Shown: positions 21,201-30,752, counted from the stretch's first letter. The stretch is 64,000 bases of DNA from Bacteroidales bacterium (GCA_017412115.1 JAFPYR010000128.1:12679-76678); one strand, 5' to 3'. Notes: a model not told the origin generated them from the sequence alone. Numbers and translations are program-made.

Positions 21201-21254
21201 TGCGCAAAGAGATAATATTAACGCTGCAATAATTTTAAAAATGTTTTTTTTCAT
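15255..21254 (-). CDS. Large BspA/DUF285-type leucine-rich-repeat surface protein with InlB-B/Flg_new-like repeats, Ig-like domains and a T9SS C-terminal domain
   Basis: Signal peptide; many FNTxxVTxMxxMFxxCxxLTxLD repeats in four modules; C-terminal VRTYPNP...IYNQLG...GFY...KIIAE. Confidence 0.88.
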   Translation of the reverse strand: MKKNIFKIIAALILSLCASIVNAQDVPYAELSADGTTFTFKYGIKPDGAYDLNENDNPAWKDDVANVTEVIFDESFKDARPTSCYSWFDHMTNLTEIVGMKEYLNTSEVTNMAAMFSYCSKLTSIDVSGFDTRKVESMNHMFADCRSLISLNVSNFNTGNVTNMEFMFSNCTKLSSLNVGGVFNTENVTGMRYMFAYCYGLTSLDISGFNTKSATDMADMFYECKNLTAIKVGSDWDVSSVASHAEMFSKCTALIGNEGVWIGSTINKTNANTLSTGYLTSDNYKVFLNPDGGTLTDGTVINVTSEVTLPEPTKTGSQFLGWTRQLTSTTFESSTATNVTVAADAGNRWYKAQWVVVQPYVVLSDDSKTLTFKCGESIPDGAYSLSSVGWKQNTNITKVVFDETFQYARPTQCSEWFYGLSNLSEIVGMKEYLNTEKVTKMNWMFRDCKNLTALDLSGFKTDIVTKMGAMFYNCENLTVLDLRGFNTEMVTDVGHMFAGCKKLTTVLIGDNWNTDAVTTRGHMFMNCPSLIGNDGTIAPYDEESDVALSHANAEAGGFLTKDDYKIFYKWADDKTGAYQTQYTPSTFNGTTAVTINNPSDREYPFLYWTQVSAKGTQIGESSTNLTISAGDLGNKIYVMHWRVPQPYAELSSDNKTLTFKYGDKPDGAYELYDGETTNPGWYDNRKNITKVVFDASFAEARPTSCYCWFKEFENLKEFVGIENFNTSEVTTMRSMFDKCRNLESIDLSHFVTRNLKSMRSMFYDCIKLITLDLSSFNTDLVETMQFTFTNCSTLTRVNIRNFNPKNVENMSGMFSECKHLITILVGSDWTQENISSVTSSQNMFVNCNEIIGNDGTTYDASKVDKTNAHADAGGYLTKDDYKIFYKWADEDGYKTQYTPSTYNSSITPLTIDPPNDREGYQFLYWTQVSVSGEQIGESSANLTIAAGDIGNRIYVMNWAVIQDYAYLSSDSKTLTFTHGAKPEGVNYFDLNGENTKPAWETAKTMIETVVFASTITPTSCYYWFDGFENLTTIENLENLHTENVTDMRSMFGSCKKLKKLDLRTFNTANVKYMVYMFQSCRELTVLDISSFDTQKAKGTDWWMSSMFWACTKLTTILVGPKWDAGNANVDIFTGTQELIGNDGTVYSTTKLTYEYAHANAGGLLTTGDYKIFYQWADKPNEYQSYEPSTFNGSVDVTIPNPERDGYKFLYWTRVSPTGAYDGGSSSTLTIAAGDEGNRIYQMHWSIVNHTVSFYNGTKFLSSVEVPHGEKLSDDQYPEPEKEGHYLLKWTVTDDPDEYGYGNYAVNEDINLYAQWMKDKFRIILPDHFEYITANNDDDLFEYDSEVQFKISDGYASSNVYYTLGDDTEQFPLTPNSEGVYTYKVKADRAEFYSSTKEFYTMKLGKNASANLPFASNLTINFTSDNSEVSVSNNRIVTTNNVAKGDVCTLTSNNYQIEITIIDPFENFFDEDKWYKEDVVFTCPDNDNNWILTINDSQNNTITQEGENNAVCKILDSDNIIAKESYVVRIDKNPPEISVQVGDYDIDLSIDEPKNYYLRLGAAFSVSAEDETSGVENIQYSLDGVSFNDFDQNITLPYGKSSVYFRSKDVAGNTTQTYSAWFSVFNDSKFAENLGNEITSAPIYYSSEMIEDQTFSISLEGNTIGAITEKNGLNLNFLETDNAIKINKEYLKTLLPGNDTILVHINPLGDSNGWESDLKPADYESQTMKIILEVKYEVMPSKYSFVMEADTTIKSFCRGDVLLMNMDFDKRYSMVDYISIDKLNINKEVPYEGIKFTVPEGTLSGGDEKIPVKFFKDDYMFENTMIFPADYPSERNIRLYDDVLALDNFDGQFLDGEYKWYMDGVEILGENKQFIDLLPYLNDGKEHIYLASVLNIDSLRFRVCPSDDFIVEQIAKKKAASVRTYPNPAVSNQPIYIELENFSDDDFSNAEIVIYNQLGIVVNRISEVKKINSIVLKDGFYNGTVFWNGVKTLNFKIIAE
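17520..21180 (-). repeat. Four ~0.85-1 kb intragenic modules (cap, LRR block, B-repeat)
   Basis: Modules start PYAELSADG, PYVVLSDDS, PYAELSSDN and DYAYLSSDS; identical 25-mer ccgaaacttgtgtccaatacaaaaa at 18467-18491 and 19418-19442. Confidence 0.85.
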
Positions 21255-21567
21255 ATTCTGTGTGATAGTTAAATTTCTATATTTATGCGCACAAAAATAA
21301 AAAAAAGCAATATGTTAAAAAACTTTAACAAAGAAAAATATACGAAAATTTTGAAAATTGAAATAAAGGAATTTTCGCAAGAGAAATGTTAAAAATAAAA
21401 CAGAAATCACGGAATCAAAATTTCAATTGAATAAGTTCAGTGTTTTTTTATTATGCAAAATAATGCTAAGCATAATAAATTTTCTGATAAAAATTGCAAC
21501 TTTTCCCAAAAAATAAATAATTTTGTGCCTTAGAAAAAACAAACAGTCAAGATAATTTTAGAAAAAA

Positions 21568-21798
21568 ATGGCAAAAGTCAGAGGGGCAGTTGTCATTGAC
21601 AAAGAAAAATGCAAAGGTTGTGGACTTTGTGTCGAGACCTGCAAATTTCAAGTCTTGCAACTTTCCCAACAAGTTAATTTAAAGGGTTATAATCCCGCTT
21701 TTATGGTTAATCCGCAAAATTGCACGGGTTGTACTAATTGCGCCGTTATATGTCCTGATGCAGTTATCACAGTTTATCGAGCAAAAGAGAATGAGTGA
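21568..21798 (+). CDS. 2x[4Fe-4S] ferredoxin (delta subunit of 2-oxoacid:ferredoxin oxidoreductase)
   Basis: CKGCGLCVETC and CTGCTNCAVICP; promoter TAATTTTG at 21518-21525. Confidence 0.92.
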   Translation: MAKVRGAVVIDKEKCKGCGLCVETCKFQVLQLSQQVNLKGYNPAFMVNPQNCTGCTNCAVICPDAVITVYRAKENE

Positions 21799-22888
21799 AT
21801 TAAGATTAATGAAAGGCAATGAAGCCTTGGCAGAGGCCGCTATTAGGGCAGGAGTTGATGCTTATTACGGTTATCCTATCACACCTCAATCCGAGGTTAT
21901 GGAATATTTAATGGCGGCAAATCCCGAAAAAACAACGGGTATGGTGGTGCTTCAAGCAGAAAGCGAAGTAGCCTCTATTAATATGGTTTACGGTGCGGCC
22001 GGTGCGGGCAAAATGGCGATGACTTCATCCTCAAGTCCGGGCGTATCGTTGATGCAAGAGGGAATTTCGTATATTGCCGGTGCTGAATTACCGTGCGTGG
22101 TTGTTAATGTCGTAAGAGGAGGTCCCGGTTTAGGAACGATTCAGCCTTCTCAGGCGGATTATTTTCAGACGGTAAAAGGCGGCGGACACGGCGATTACAA
22201 GCTTATAACATTAGCTCCGGCTTCGGTTCAGGAAATGTCTGATTTTATGCGTCTTGCGTTTGAATTAGCATTTAAATACAGAAATCCCGCAATGATATTG
22301 TCAGACGGAGCAATTGGTCAGATGATGGAAAAAGTGGAATTGTTTGACCCTATACCGCGCCGCACTGACGAGGAGGTTGCTCAACAATGTCCTTGGGCTA
22401 CAACGGGCAGAAAACGCGGAACACAAAAACGTGTTATCACCTCGCTCAGACTTGTTGCATCTGTTCAAGAAGAGTTTAATATAAAACTTCAGAAAAAATA
22501 CAAACAAATTCAAGAAAACGAGGTACGTTGCGAAATGATAGGTTGCGAAGACGCACAATTTGTTATCGTGGCTTATGGTTCGAGTGCGAGAACGAGTATG
22601 AAAGCTGTTGAACTCGCAAGAAAAAGCGGTTTGAGAGCGGGTCTTTTAAGACCTCAGACGCTTTGGCCTTTCCCGACGAAAGAACTTCGCTCGTTAGCCG
22701 AAAGAGGCGTTCAAGGTTTCTTATCGGTTGAGATGAGTGCTGGTCAAATGGTTGAAGATGTCAGACTTGCTGTTAACGGACGCTCAAGAGTGGAACATTT
22801 CGGAAGAATGGGCGGTGTTATAGCCTCGCCTTCGGATATTTTTGAAGCGTTGAAACAATTCGCCGCCGGCGAGAAAAAACTTTTTTAA
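21791..22888 (+). CDS. vorB: 2-oxoacid (3-methyl-2-oxobutanoate-type):ferredoxin oxidoreductase alpha subunit
   Basis: MKGNEALAEAA, YGYPITPQSE, QAESEVASINM, MTSSSSPG, RGGPGLG; start MSELR. Confidence 0.9.
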   Translation: MSELRLMKGNEALAEAAIRAGVDAYYGYPITPQSEVMEYLMAANPEKTTGMVVLQAESEVASINMVYGAAGAGKMAMTSSSSPGVSLMQEGISYIAGAELPCVVVNVVRGGPGLGTIQPSQADYFQTVKGGGHGDYKLITLAPASVQEMSDFMRLAFELAFKYRNPAMILSDGAIGQMMEKVELFDPIPRRTDEEVAQQCPWATTGRKRGTQKRVITSLRLVASVQEEFNIKLQKKYKQIQENEVRCEMIGCEDAQFVIVAYGSSARTSMKAVELARKSGLRAGLLRPQTLWPFPTKELRSLAERGVQGFLSVEMSAGQMVEDVRLAVNGRSRVEHFGRMGGVIASPSDIFEALKQFAAGEKKLF

Positions 22889-22895
22889 GAAAATC

Positions 22896-23693
22896 ATGGA
22901 GTTAGAAGATATTATAAAAGAGGAAAATATAGTTTTCAAAAAGACTAAACTTCTGAACGATAAACCTCTGTCATATTGTCCGGGTTGCGGACACGGCACC
23001 GTTCACAGAATCTTGATGGAAACGCTTGAAGAACTTGGCATCGACGAACAAACTATCGGTATTGCGCCCGTAGGTTGTGCTGTTATGGCATACGAGTTCA
23101 TGGAAATTGATATGCAGGAGGCTGCTCATGGACGCGCTCCGGCGTTAGCAACGGGTATAAAAAGGGTTTATCCTAACAAATACGTTTTCACTTATCAAGG
23201 CGACGGTGATTTGGCTGCAATCGGTACTGCCGAGACGATGCACTGTTGCAACCGTGGTGAAAATATTTTGATAATTTTCATCAACAATGGTATTTACGGT
23301 ATGACCGGCGGTCAGATGGCTCCGACAACGTTGGAAGGCGCAAAAACCTCTACATCGCCTTACGGAAGGGACGTTTCAACGATGGGTTATCCGATAAGAA
23401 TAACAGAATTAATAGCGCAACTTCCCGCTGTCAGATACGTTACCAGACAGTCTGTACACACCCCAGCCGCTGTTAGAAAAGCAAAAGCCGCTATTAAAAA
23501 AGCTTTTGAATATCAAGCGGAAGGTAAACAAGGAACTTGTTTTATCGAGTTTTTGTCCAACTGCAATTCGGGTTGGAAAATGTCTGCTGTTCAAGCGAAC
23601 AAATGGATGGAAGAAAACACTTTCAAATATTATGTTCCGGGCGATATAAAAGATAATTTCAAACTTTTAAAAAATCCTATCGTAGAATTATGA
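22896..23693 (+). CDS. 2-oxoacid:ferredoxin oxidoreductase beta (TPP-binding) subunit
   Basis: YCPGCGHG, HGRAPA, YQGDGDLAAIG, NNGIYGMTGGQMAPTT. Confidence 0.93.
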   Translation: MELEDIIKEENIVFKKTKLLNDKPLSYCPGCGHGTVHRILMETLEELGIDEQTIGIAPVGCAVMAYEFMEIDMQEAAHGRAPALATGIKRVYPNKYVFTYQGDGDLAAIGTAETMHCCNRGENILIIFINNGIYGMTGGQMAPTTLEGAKTSTSPYGRDVSTMGYPIRITELIAQLPAVRYVTRQSVHTPAAVRKAKAAIKKAFEYQAEGKQGTCFIEFLSNCNSGWKMSAVQANKWMEENTFKYYVPGDIKDNFKLLKNPIVEL

Positions 23694-24250
23694 ACGGAGA
23701 ATTTATGAATGAAGAGATAATAATAGCCGGATTTGGCGGTCAAGGTGTTTTGTCGATGGGTAAAATACTTGCGTATTCGGGTTTAATGCAAGGCTTGGAG
23801 GTGAGTTGGATGCCTTCATACGGTCCTGAAATGAGGGGCGGCACGGCAAACGTTACCGTTATTTTGAGTACTGAAAGAATCAGTTCGCCGATTTTAACGG
23901 CTTTTGATACGGCTATAATTCTTAATCAGCAGTCGTTGGACAAATTTGAAAATACCGTTAAACCGGGTGGACTTTTGATTTACGATCCTAATGGTATTTC
24001 AAGACCGCCGGAGAGAACTGATTTGAGAATTTATTCGGTAGAGGCTTCAAAAACGGCTAACGAAAAAAATATGCACAAGATTTTCAACATGATAGTTTTG
24101 GGCGGTTATTTGAAAATTAATCCCGTAGTTTCTTTGGATTTCATCGAAGCAGGACTAAAAAAATCTTTGCCTGAAAGGCATCACAAACTTATTCCCGCAA
24201 ATTTAGAAGGAATAAAATTAGGCGGTGAAATTATTAACCGTGTAAATTAA
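23690..24250 (+). CDS. 2-oxoacid:ferredoxin oxidoreductase gamma subunit
   Basis: AGFGGQGVLSMG, PSYGPEMRGGTA. Confidence 0.93.
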   Translation: MNGEFMNEEIIIAGFGGQGVLSMGKILAYSGLMQGLEVSWMPSYGPEMRGGTANVTVILSTERISSPILTAFDTAIILNQQSLDKFENTVKPGGLLIYDPNGISRPPERTDLRIYSVEASKTANEKNMHKIFNMIVLGGYLKINPVVSLDFIEAGLKKSLPERHHKLIPANLEGIKLGGEIINRVN

Positions 24251-24279
24251 GAGTGAAAGAAAATCACAGTTTTTTTTTT

Positions 24280-24326
24280 AATTATCTTTGTTTGAATCTT
24301 TATTTAGGGTTTTAACAAAGATAATT
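24280..24326. terminator. Inverted repeat between convergent genes, probable terminator
   Basis: aattatctttgtt (24280-24292) / aacaaagataatt (24314-24326), flanked by T-runs. Confidence 0.55.
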
Positions 24327-24334
24327 TTTTTTTA

Positions 24335-26284
24335 TTAACTATTTACGGGTTGGTATTTCAGTCTGATGAAAAACGTAGTGCCTAAGCCGGGTTTTGATTT
24401 GAGCCAAATTTCCCCGCCCATCAAGTCCACAAAGCCTTTACTGATTGTTAAACCTACGCCTACACCGCTGTATTTACGTTCGAGGACGTTTTCATCTTGC
24501 ATAAAGGAGGTAAAAATTATGCTGTGCATTTCTTCTCTGATACCGATTCCCGTATCTGCTATTGTGAATAGTAAATTGCCGTCGCTCATCGAATAACCGA
24601 GTTTTACGCCGCCGGTTTCAGTGAATTTTATGCCGTTTGAAACTATTGAACGTAAAATTCTTTCTAATTTTGGTTTGTCACCGATGATATTTGCAGCCTT
24701 GTCGTCAAGACCTTTTTCTACCCTGAGATAGATATTTTTGATTGTAGCCTCGCCGATTAATTCCGAGTAAACTTTATCTATCAAATGATTGAGATTTAGT
24801 GGCATAGGATTCAGTTTGGTCTGTTTTGTCTGAAGTTTTGCAACATCTTTTATATCATTGACAACAGAGAGCAACTGATTGCAACCCAAATTTATCATTT
24901 CCATAAATTTGGCGTTTTTTTCGTCGAAATCGTAATGAGAAAGCAATTTGCTAAAACCCATAATCGAATTTAACGGCGTGCGTATTTCGTGCGAAATATT
25001 GCCTAAAAACAACGATTTCAAACGTTCGCTTTCTTCGGCTTTTTCTTTCGCCTCTTTCAAATCTCTTTTGTAATTTCTCTCTTTAATTTCCGAAAGCATA
25101 AACGGCGAGATGTAAGTCGCAAGCGATTTTATGTAATTCATCTCTTTTTCCGAATAACCCGTCGGACAATCAGAAGTACCGATAATGCCTATCACATTAT
25201 TTTCCTCGCTTATAATCGGAGTTGCCAAAAAGACTTCGTGTCCTAAAATGTTAAGACCGATTTCCTGCTCTAATGAGCATTGAGCCTTAAACGAGGTATA
25301 ATCAGGCGATACCATAACTCTTTCAAAACCGTGTTCGTCCGTTACAGTTGGTAGTGTTTCGTCTTGACGTGCAAGACAAACAATATCGCCTTTGCGTGAA
25401 AAATATCCGATATAACCCGAAGGACTTCCCGTATTTTTTAGGACTAATTCAAGCACGGCATTATAAAGGCTGACATTGTGTCCTAAAGCAAATGCTTTAG
25501 AAATTTCATTTTTGACTATAAGGTCGTTTCTTATCATCATTTCAGTTTTCAAATCGTTGAAAACCGCAACACAATAGCCTCTGTACGGTATTGACGTGCA
25601 AACCTGATACGTGGTTTGCGTTAAATTGTTATAATAATTGCTGTCGTTTGAAGTGCCGATTCTTGCGGGTCTTGCAAGAATTTTTATGAGCGTATCTTTG
25701 TTTGGCAGCCTTGTCTGACTGATATTTTTGCCGATAATAGAACTTTTCTTGACCTCAAAAACCGATTCAAAAATAGGATTAATGTCAAGTATCTGAAAAT
25801 CAATAATTCTGCGCTTGTTGCCCATTATAGCTTTTGCGTACATAAAGGCAGAAGACATATTGTCGAACAAGAGTTTAAAACCGCGTTCACCGATATTTTC
25901 CAACTTAAGAGTCGTTCTTTTTACTACGAAGAGCAATTCGTTCTTGAAAAGCGAAACTCTCAAGTGATAAGTATCTTTGTTTTCGGAAGTAAAATCGTAT
26001 TCTAAATATGGGTTTTCAACAGAGAGATTTTTTATTTCTTCGATTTTTGAGTCTTCGACATCAAAAGGAAGGACTTTAAAAACACTATCGCCTATTATAG
26101 TTTGTTGATAACGAAAAAACTGTTTTGCAGTTTGATTAGCACATTTTACTGCAAAATTGTTTTTCTCGCACAATAAAACAGAATCCTCATGGGTATCAAT
26201 CAAGTAGTTGAGGATATGATTCTCACTTTTGCAAGTGATACCCGTGAGGTCTGTAAAAAAATTATCCTTGTTTTCGATGTCCAT
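24335..26284 (-). CDS. Cytoplasmic PAS/GAF sensor histidine kinase
   Basis: FLGNISHEIRTPLNSIMGF, NGIKFT, DTGIGI, GVGVGLTISKGFV; no TM segment; start MDIENK, after the -7 element at 26306-26313. Confidence 0.9.
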   Translation of the reverse strand: MDIENKDNFFTDLTGITCKSENHILNYLIDTHEDSVLLCEKNNFAVKCANQTAKQFFRYQQTIIGDSVFKVLPFDVEDSKIEEIKNLSVENPYLEYDFTSENKDTYHLRVSLFKNELLFVVKRTTLKLENIGERGFKLLFDNMSSAFMYAKAIMGNKRRIIDFQILDINPIFESVFEVKKSSIIGKNISQTRLPNKDTLIKILARPARIGTSNDSNYYNNLTQTTYQVCTSIPYRGYCVAVFNDLKTEMMIRNDLIVKNEISKAFALGHNVSLYNAVLELVLKNTGSPSGYIGYFSRKGDIVCLARQDETLPTVTDEHGFERVMVSPDYTSFKAQCSLEQEIGLNILGHEVFLATPIISEENNVIGIIGTSDCPTGYSEKEMNYIKSLATYISPFMLSEIKERNYKRDLKEAKEKAEESERLKSLFLGNISHEIRTPLNSIMGFSKLLSHYDFDEKNAKFMEMINLGCNQLLSVVNDIKDVAKLQTKQTKLNPMPLNLNHLIDKVYSELIGEATIKNIYLRVEKGLDDKAANIIGDKPKLERILRSIVSNGIKFTETGGVKLGYSMSDGNLLFTIADTGIGIREEMHSIIFTSFMQDENVLERKYSGVGVGLTISKGFVDLMGGEIWLKSKPGLGTTFFIRLKYQPVNS

Positions 26285-26379
26285 TGTTGAATAATTAAGA
26301 CACGCCAAAGATAGAATATTTTTTTGAAAAAACAAATATTTCCGTTATTATTTTTTCAAAAAATGAAATTTCATATCTG

Positions 26380-27453
26380 TTATTTTTTAGGCGGCAATAT
26401 CTCTCCGTCATCAGAAATTTGCGGCAAATTGTCGTAAATATCCTCTTTCGTTAAATTCTGAATTACTTGAATTACACGTTTTTGCGAATCAATATGCGGA
26501 CCTTTGTTAGGCGGTTTGATTTGGTAAGTCGGGATAATTTGGGCTGAAATAAAATTACCCGTTTCTTTATCAATTTTAACACGGAAAATAGGAGCAAGAC
26601 CGTTAACACCTTTGATGTTGATGTTGCTGTATGTTGCAAAATTTCCCATGCTGTAAGCGATAAATTTACCTTTATAAACCTCCACAGCTCTTGTAACGTG
26701 AGGACCGTGTCCTAAAACGATGTCGGCACCTGCATCAATAACCTCGTGACTAAAAGCATAAACGTTGCCTCGGTTTTGACCTAAAAATGTTTCGTATTTT
26801 CTTGGTACGTGCTGATAATTAGCACCTTCAGCACCTCCGTGAAAAGATACGATAACGATTTGACACGAGTCTTCCTTTAGTTTTTTTACCAAAGCGCGGG
26901 CGTTGGCATGGTCTGTTATCTGAATTGTTCCTTGGTTTGGAGCAAAAGCACAAAATCCGTATTTTATGCCGTTTACAACAAACTCTGCAACAGGTTTTTC
27001 TGTAAAACCTGCCCAATTGATTTCAAGACTGTCCAAGAGGTGTTTCGCATTGGTTTTGCCTAATTCACCGAAATCCCCGCTATGATTGTTTGCAACGCTG
27101 ACAAGATTAAAACCTGCATCTTTGAAACATTTAGCGTATTTTTTCGGCATACCGAAAGTAAAACACGTTTTTGGGTCGTTACAGTTTTTTGCTCCGGTTT
27201 TGGTGTCGGTAAAAGTACCTTCTACGTTACAAAAAACAATGTCCGAATTCTCAAAATACGGTTTTACTTCGTCTAACAAATGACTTGCATCGTTGTTTGG
27301 CGGACAATACGACATATCCGGCACAATACTGCCCAACATTATATCACCGACAGCTGTAATTGTCAGCGTATCAACTTTTTGGATTGTGTCTTGGGCGTAT
27401 GTGCCGCTGCAAAACATTGCTGCTGAAAAAACAGTAAATAAAAGTTTTTTCAT
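26380..27453 (-). CDS. CapA-family (PGA_cap) metallophosphatase, secreted
   Basis: AVGDIMLG, NVEG, SVANNHSGD, VSFHGGAEG, GHGPHV, AYSMGNF; signal peptide from MKKLLF. Confidence 0.9.
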   Translation of the reverse strand: MKKLLFTVFSAAMFCSGTYAQDTIQKVDTLTITAVGDIMLGSIVPDMSYCPPNNDASHLLDEVKPYFENSDIVFCNVEGTFTDTKTGAKNCNDPKTCFTFGMPKKYAKCFKDAGFNLVSVANNHSGDFGELGKTNAKHLLDSLEINWAGFTEKPVAEFVVNGIKYGFCAFAPNQGTIQITDHANARALVKKLKEDSCQIVIVSFHGGAEGANYQHVPRKYETFLGQNRGNVYAFSHEVIDAGADIVLGHGPHVTRAVEVYKGKFIAYSMGNFATYSNINIKGVNGLAPIFRVKIDKETGNFISAQIIPTYQIKPPNKGPHIDSQKRVIQVIQNLTKEDIYDNLPQISDDGEILPPKK

Positions 27454-27473
27454 AAAAGTTTTTTTGTTCACTT

Positions 27474-29759
27474 TTATTTTTTCTTTTGTTTATCCGTAAT
27501 AGCGTCGATGACAGCTACCGCAACGATATTTACGATGTCGTTTACCGAAGATTCAAAATCGATGAAGTGAATCGGTTTGTTAAGACCCATTTGGATAGGA
27601 CCGATAAGTTCAACGTTTTTGTTCATTGCCGCTAACATCTTATAACTTGTGTTTGCACTACCTAAGTTCGGGAAAATGAGCGTATTGACAACTTTTCCTT
27701 TAAGACGGTTGAACGGGAATGTTTTGTCGCGCAGTTCGTCGTCGATTGCAAAATTAACCTGCATTTCACCGTCGATGTCGAGTTCAGGCATTTGAGAATG
27801 AACGATTTCAACGGCTTGATGAACGGTTGCCGGAGTTCCGACCTCGTCAGCACCGAAGTTAGAATACGAAAGCATTGCGATAACGGGTTCGTGGTTGAAG
27901 AATTTTACCGTATGAGCCGCAAGTTTTGCCGTATCAACCAAAGTATCAACATCCGGGTGGCGGTTAATCAAAGTGTCAGCCAAGAAGAAAGTACCTTTTT
28001 CGGAGTTAAGAATATGCATTGTTCCGAAATGAGTGAAACCTTCTTTTATACCGATAACGTCTTTTGCAACCTGAATCGTATCTCTGTAACGGGTGTAAAC
28101 GCCGGTAATGAAAGCATCAGCCTCGCCGGTTTCTACCATCATCATACCGAAATAGTTGCGGTCAAACATTTTATCGTTTGCCTCTTGGAATGTCATACCG
28201 TTGCGCTGACGTTTTTCAGCAAGGATTTTTGCAAATTTTTCACGGCGGTCTGCTTCACGGTCTGCACGCAGGTTGATAATTTCAATACCATCGAGATTGA
28301 GTTCAAGTTCGGTAGCTATTTTTGTAATTTTTTCGGTGTTACCAAGCAAAATCGGGAAACAAATACCTTCGTTTTTAGCTTCAACGGCAGCTTTCAACAT
28401 ATTGGGGTGAATACCCTCTGCGAAAACCACTCTTTGAGGATTTTGTTTTGCAATATTGAAAAGTTGAGCTGAAAGTTTTGATTCATAGCCCATTAATTCT
28501 TTCAAATGCTGACGGTAAGCGTCCCAATCCTCAATTTTCTTTCTTGCAACTCCTGATTCTATTGCAGCCTTTGCAACAGCTGAAGAAACCTCAGTGATAA
28601 GTCTGGGATCAACGGGTTTTGGAATAAAATATGACGGACCGAATGTCAAATTATTAACATTATAAACCTTGTTAACAACATCGGGAACTCTTTGTTTTGC
28701 GAGGTTTGCAATAGCGTAAACGGCAGCGAGTTTCATCTCTTCGTTGATAGCCGTTGCAGCAACATCCAATGCACCGCGGAAAATGTACGGAAAACCGATA
28801 ACGTTGTTGATTTGGTTAGGATAATCGCTTCTGCCGGTAGACATCAAAACATCGGGTCTTGAGGCCATTGCCTCTTCGTATGTGATTTCAGGAACTGGGT
28901 TTGCAAGTGCGAAAACGATAGGTTTTTCTGCCATTGAACGTACCATATCCTGTGTTAAGATATTTCCTTTTGAAAGTCCCAAGAAAACGTCAGAGCCTTT
29001 GATAGCCTCTTCCAAGGTGTGAACATCGCGTCTTGAGGTTGCAAAGAATTTCTTTTCGGGCGTAAGATTCGGACGGTCGTCGGTGATAACGCCTTTTGAG
29101 TCAAGCATTACGATGTTTTCAACTTTTGCGCCTAATGCAACGTAAAGTTTTGTACAAGAAATTGCCGCAGCACCAGCACCGTTGACAACGATTTTTACCT
29201 CTTCGATTTTTTTGCCGGCAACCTCCAAAGCGTTGATAAGACCTGCTGAAGAAATAATTGCCGTTCCGTGTTGATCGTCGTGCATAACGGGAATGTCAAG
29301 TTCTTCTTTCAAACGGCGTTCGATTTCAAAACATTCGGGGGCTTTGATGTCTTCGAGGTTGATACCGCCGAAAGTCGGAGCTATAGCTTTAACAGCTTGA
29401 ATAAATTTATCCGGATCTTTTTCATTGACTTCAATATCGAAAACGTCAATACCGCCATAGATTTTGAAAAGTAAGCCTTTACCTTCCATAACGGGTTTTC
29501 CGCTAACTGCGCCTATGTCACCAAGACCAAGGACAGCAGTACCGTTTGAAATAACGGCAACAAGGTTTCCTTTGTCGGTATATTTATACGCATCGTCGGG
29601 GTTTTTCTGAATTTCGAGACACGGCTCTGCTACACCGGGCGAATAAGCGAGTGAAAGGTCAGTTTGAGTTCTGTACGGTTTGGTGGGAACGACTTCAATC
29701 TTTCCCGGACGGCCTTCTGCATGATATTTCAATGCGGCCTCTTTAGTTATCTTTGCCAT
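27474..29759 (-). CDS. maeB: NADP-dependent malic enzyme with PTA-like domain
   Basis: [43 protein letters not shown]; C-terminal DGEMQ..LIFPNL. Confidence 0.95.
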   Translation of the reverse strand: MAKITKEAALKYHAEGRPGKIEVVPTKPYRTQTDLSLAYSPGVAEPCLEIQKNPDDAYKYTDKGNLVAVISNGTAVLGLGDIGAVSGKPVMEGKGLLFKIYGGIDVFDIEVNEKDPDKFIQAVKAIAPTFGGINLEDIKAPECFEIERRLKEELDIPVMHDDQHGTAIISSAGLINALEVAGKKIEEVKIVVNGAGAAAISCTKLYVALGAKVENIVMLDSKGVITDDRPNLTPEKKFFATSRRDVHTLEEAIKGSDVFLGLSKGNILTQDMVRSMAEKPIVFALANPVPEITYEEAMASRPDVLMSTGRSDYPNQINNVIGFPYIFRGALDVAATAINEEMKLAAVYAIANLAKQRVPDVVNKVYNVNNLTFGPSYFIPKPVDPRLITEVSSAVAKAAIESGVARKKIEDWDAYRQHLKELMGYESKLSAQLFNIAKQNPQRVVFAEGIHPNMLKAAVEAKNEGICFPILLGNTEKITKIATELELNLDGIEIINLRADREADRREKFAKILAEKRQRNGMTFQEANDKMFDRNYFGMMMVETGEADAFITGVYTRYRDTIQVAKDVIGIKEGFTHFGTMHILNSEKGTFFLADTLINRHPDVDTLVDTAKLAAHTVKFFNHEPVIAMLSYSNFGADEVGTPATVHQAVEIVHSQMPELDIDGEMQVNFAIDDELRDKTFPFNRLKGKVVNTLIFPNLGSANTSYKMLAAMNKNVELIGPIQMGLNKPIHFIDFESSVNDIVNIVAVAVIDAITDKQKKK

Positions 29760-29923
29760 TTTATAATTTTATTTTTAAACTAATTTTCGGCAAATATATT
29801 TATTTCTTTGCAAATTTTACTAATTTTGTATGTAATTTTTATGTAAAAATATTTGTATAATTGTATATTTATACAGTTAGCGGTTCAAAATAAGGTATAA
29901 TTTTGCAAAAAAAAAGAATCTAT

Positions 29924-30748
29924 ATGAAAAAAATATTTCTAATTCTTGCGTTTTTCTTGCAAGTTATTAATTGTTGTTCTCAAAAAATATCTCCCGATTA
30001 TGATTACCGCAATATCGGCAGTGCTAAAAAATTAAGCGGAAAAACCTACGTTTTAGTGCTTTTTGTTTCTTATAAATATGCTCAGGATTGGACGAAGGAG
30101 GAGATGGACGAATTTTATCAAAAAATTTTTAATGCTTTTTCGTGGTTGAAGAAATCCGCTAAAAAATATAATTCTGAAGTTGATTTTTCGCTTTTTGTTT
30201 TGGGCGATAATGAAAAAATAAAAATGGATTATATTCCGCAAGGTCCGTTTGAGGGTGCGTATTCTACCGAAATGTTAAAACACGCAATGTATGAGGCTGA
30301 TTATGATAAAAAATTTGATTTTGAGGAATATGCACATCAGACAATCGGGAGTGATAATTGTGTCGTTTATGTCTGTTGCAATACTTACGGACGCAGTTTT
30401 GCGCTGCCGGTGAGCCTGAATTTTTTTGATTATTATAAAAAAAACGGAACAAACCGCGACCTTTTGGAAGGATGTGTGCTTTACAAAGGTTTTGATTCTC
30501 AAAGGCCTTTGTATCCATCTGTGATTGCTCATGAAACGTTGCATCTTTTCGGGGCCGCCGATTTGTATGACGTTTACGGCGGTGATGATTCCGTATTGGA
30601 CAAAAAAATGCAACGTTATTTTCCTACTTCCATAATGCGGCGTACTCCTTATAATATTGAAGATGCCGAGGTTGATAAATTAACAGCCTTTCTTGTCGGA
30701 ATTTCAAGCAGTTATGAAAACCGTTTCGATGAATTTTTAAACCAGTGA
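29924..30748 (+). CDS. Secreted putative zinc metallopeptidase (HExxH)
   Basis: Signal peptide MKKIFLILAFFLQVINCC; VIAHETLHLFGAADLY and downstream SIM (Met-turn-like). Confidence 0.65.
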   Translation: MKKIFLILAFFLQVINCCSQKISPDYDYRNIGSAKKLSGKTYVLVLFVSYKYAQDWTKEEMDEFYQKIFNAFSWLKKSAKKYNSEVDFSLFVLGDNEKIKMDYIPQGPFEGAYSTEMLKHAMYEADYDKKFDFEEYAHQTIGSDNCVVYVCCNTYGRSFALPVSLNFFDYYKKNGTNRDLLEGCVLYKGFDSQRPLYPSVIAHETLHLFGAADLYDVYGGDDSVLDKKMQRYFPTSIMRRTPYNIEDAEVDKLTAFLVGISSSYENRFDEFLNQ

Positions 30749-30752
30749 TTCA

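Noticed and set aside
15255-21254. Diversity-generating retroelement target or template in the LRR gene
   Set aside because: No reverse transcriptase in the window, and differences between repeats are not adenine-specific
24280-24326. Pair of convergent antisense promoters (each IR arm contains TATCTTTG)
   Set aside because: No properly spaced -33 elements; position between convergent stop codons is explained more simply by a terminator
27792-28472. 226-aa ORF antisense to maeB, and the many other short antisense ORFs in the track
   Set aside because: Shadow frames of well-conserved genes, with no motifs or independent expression signals
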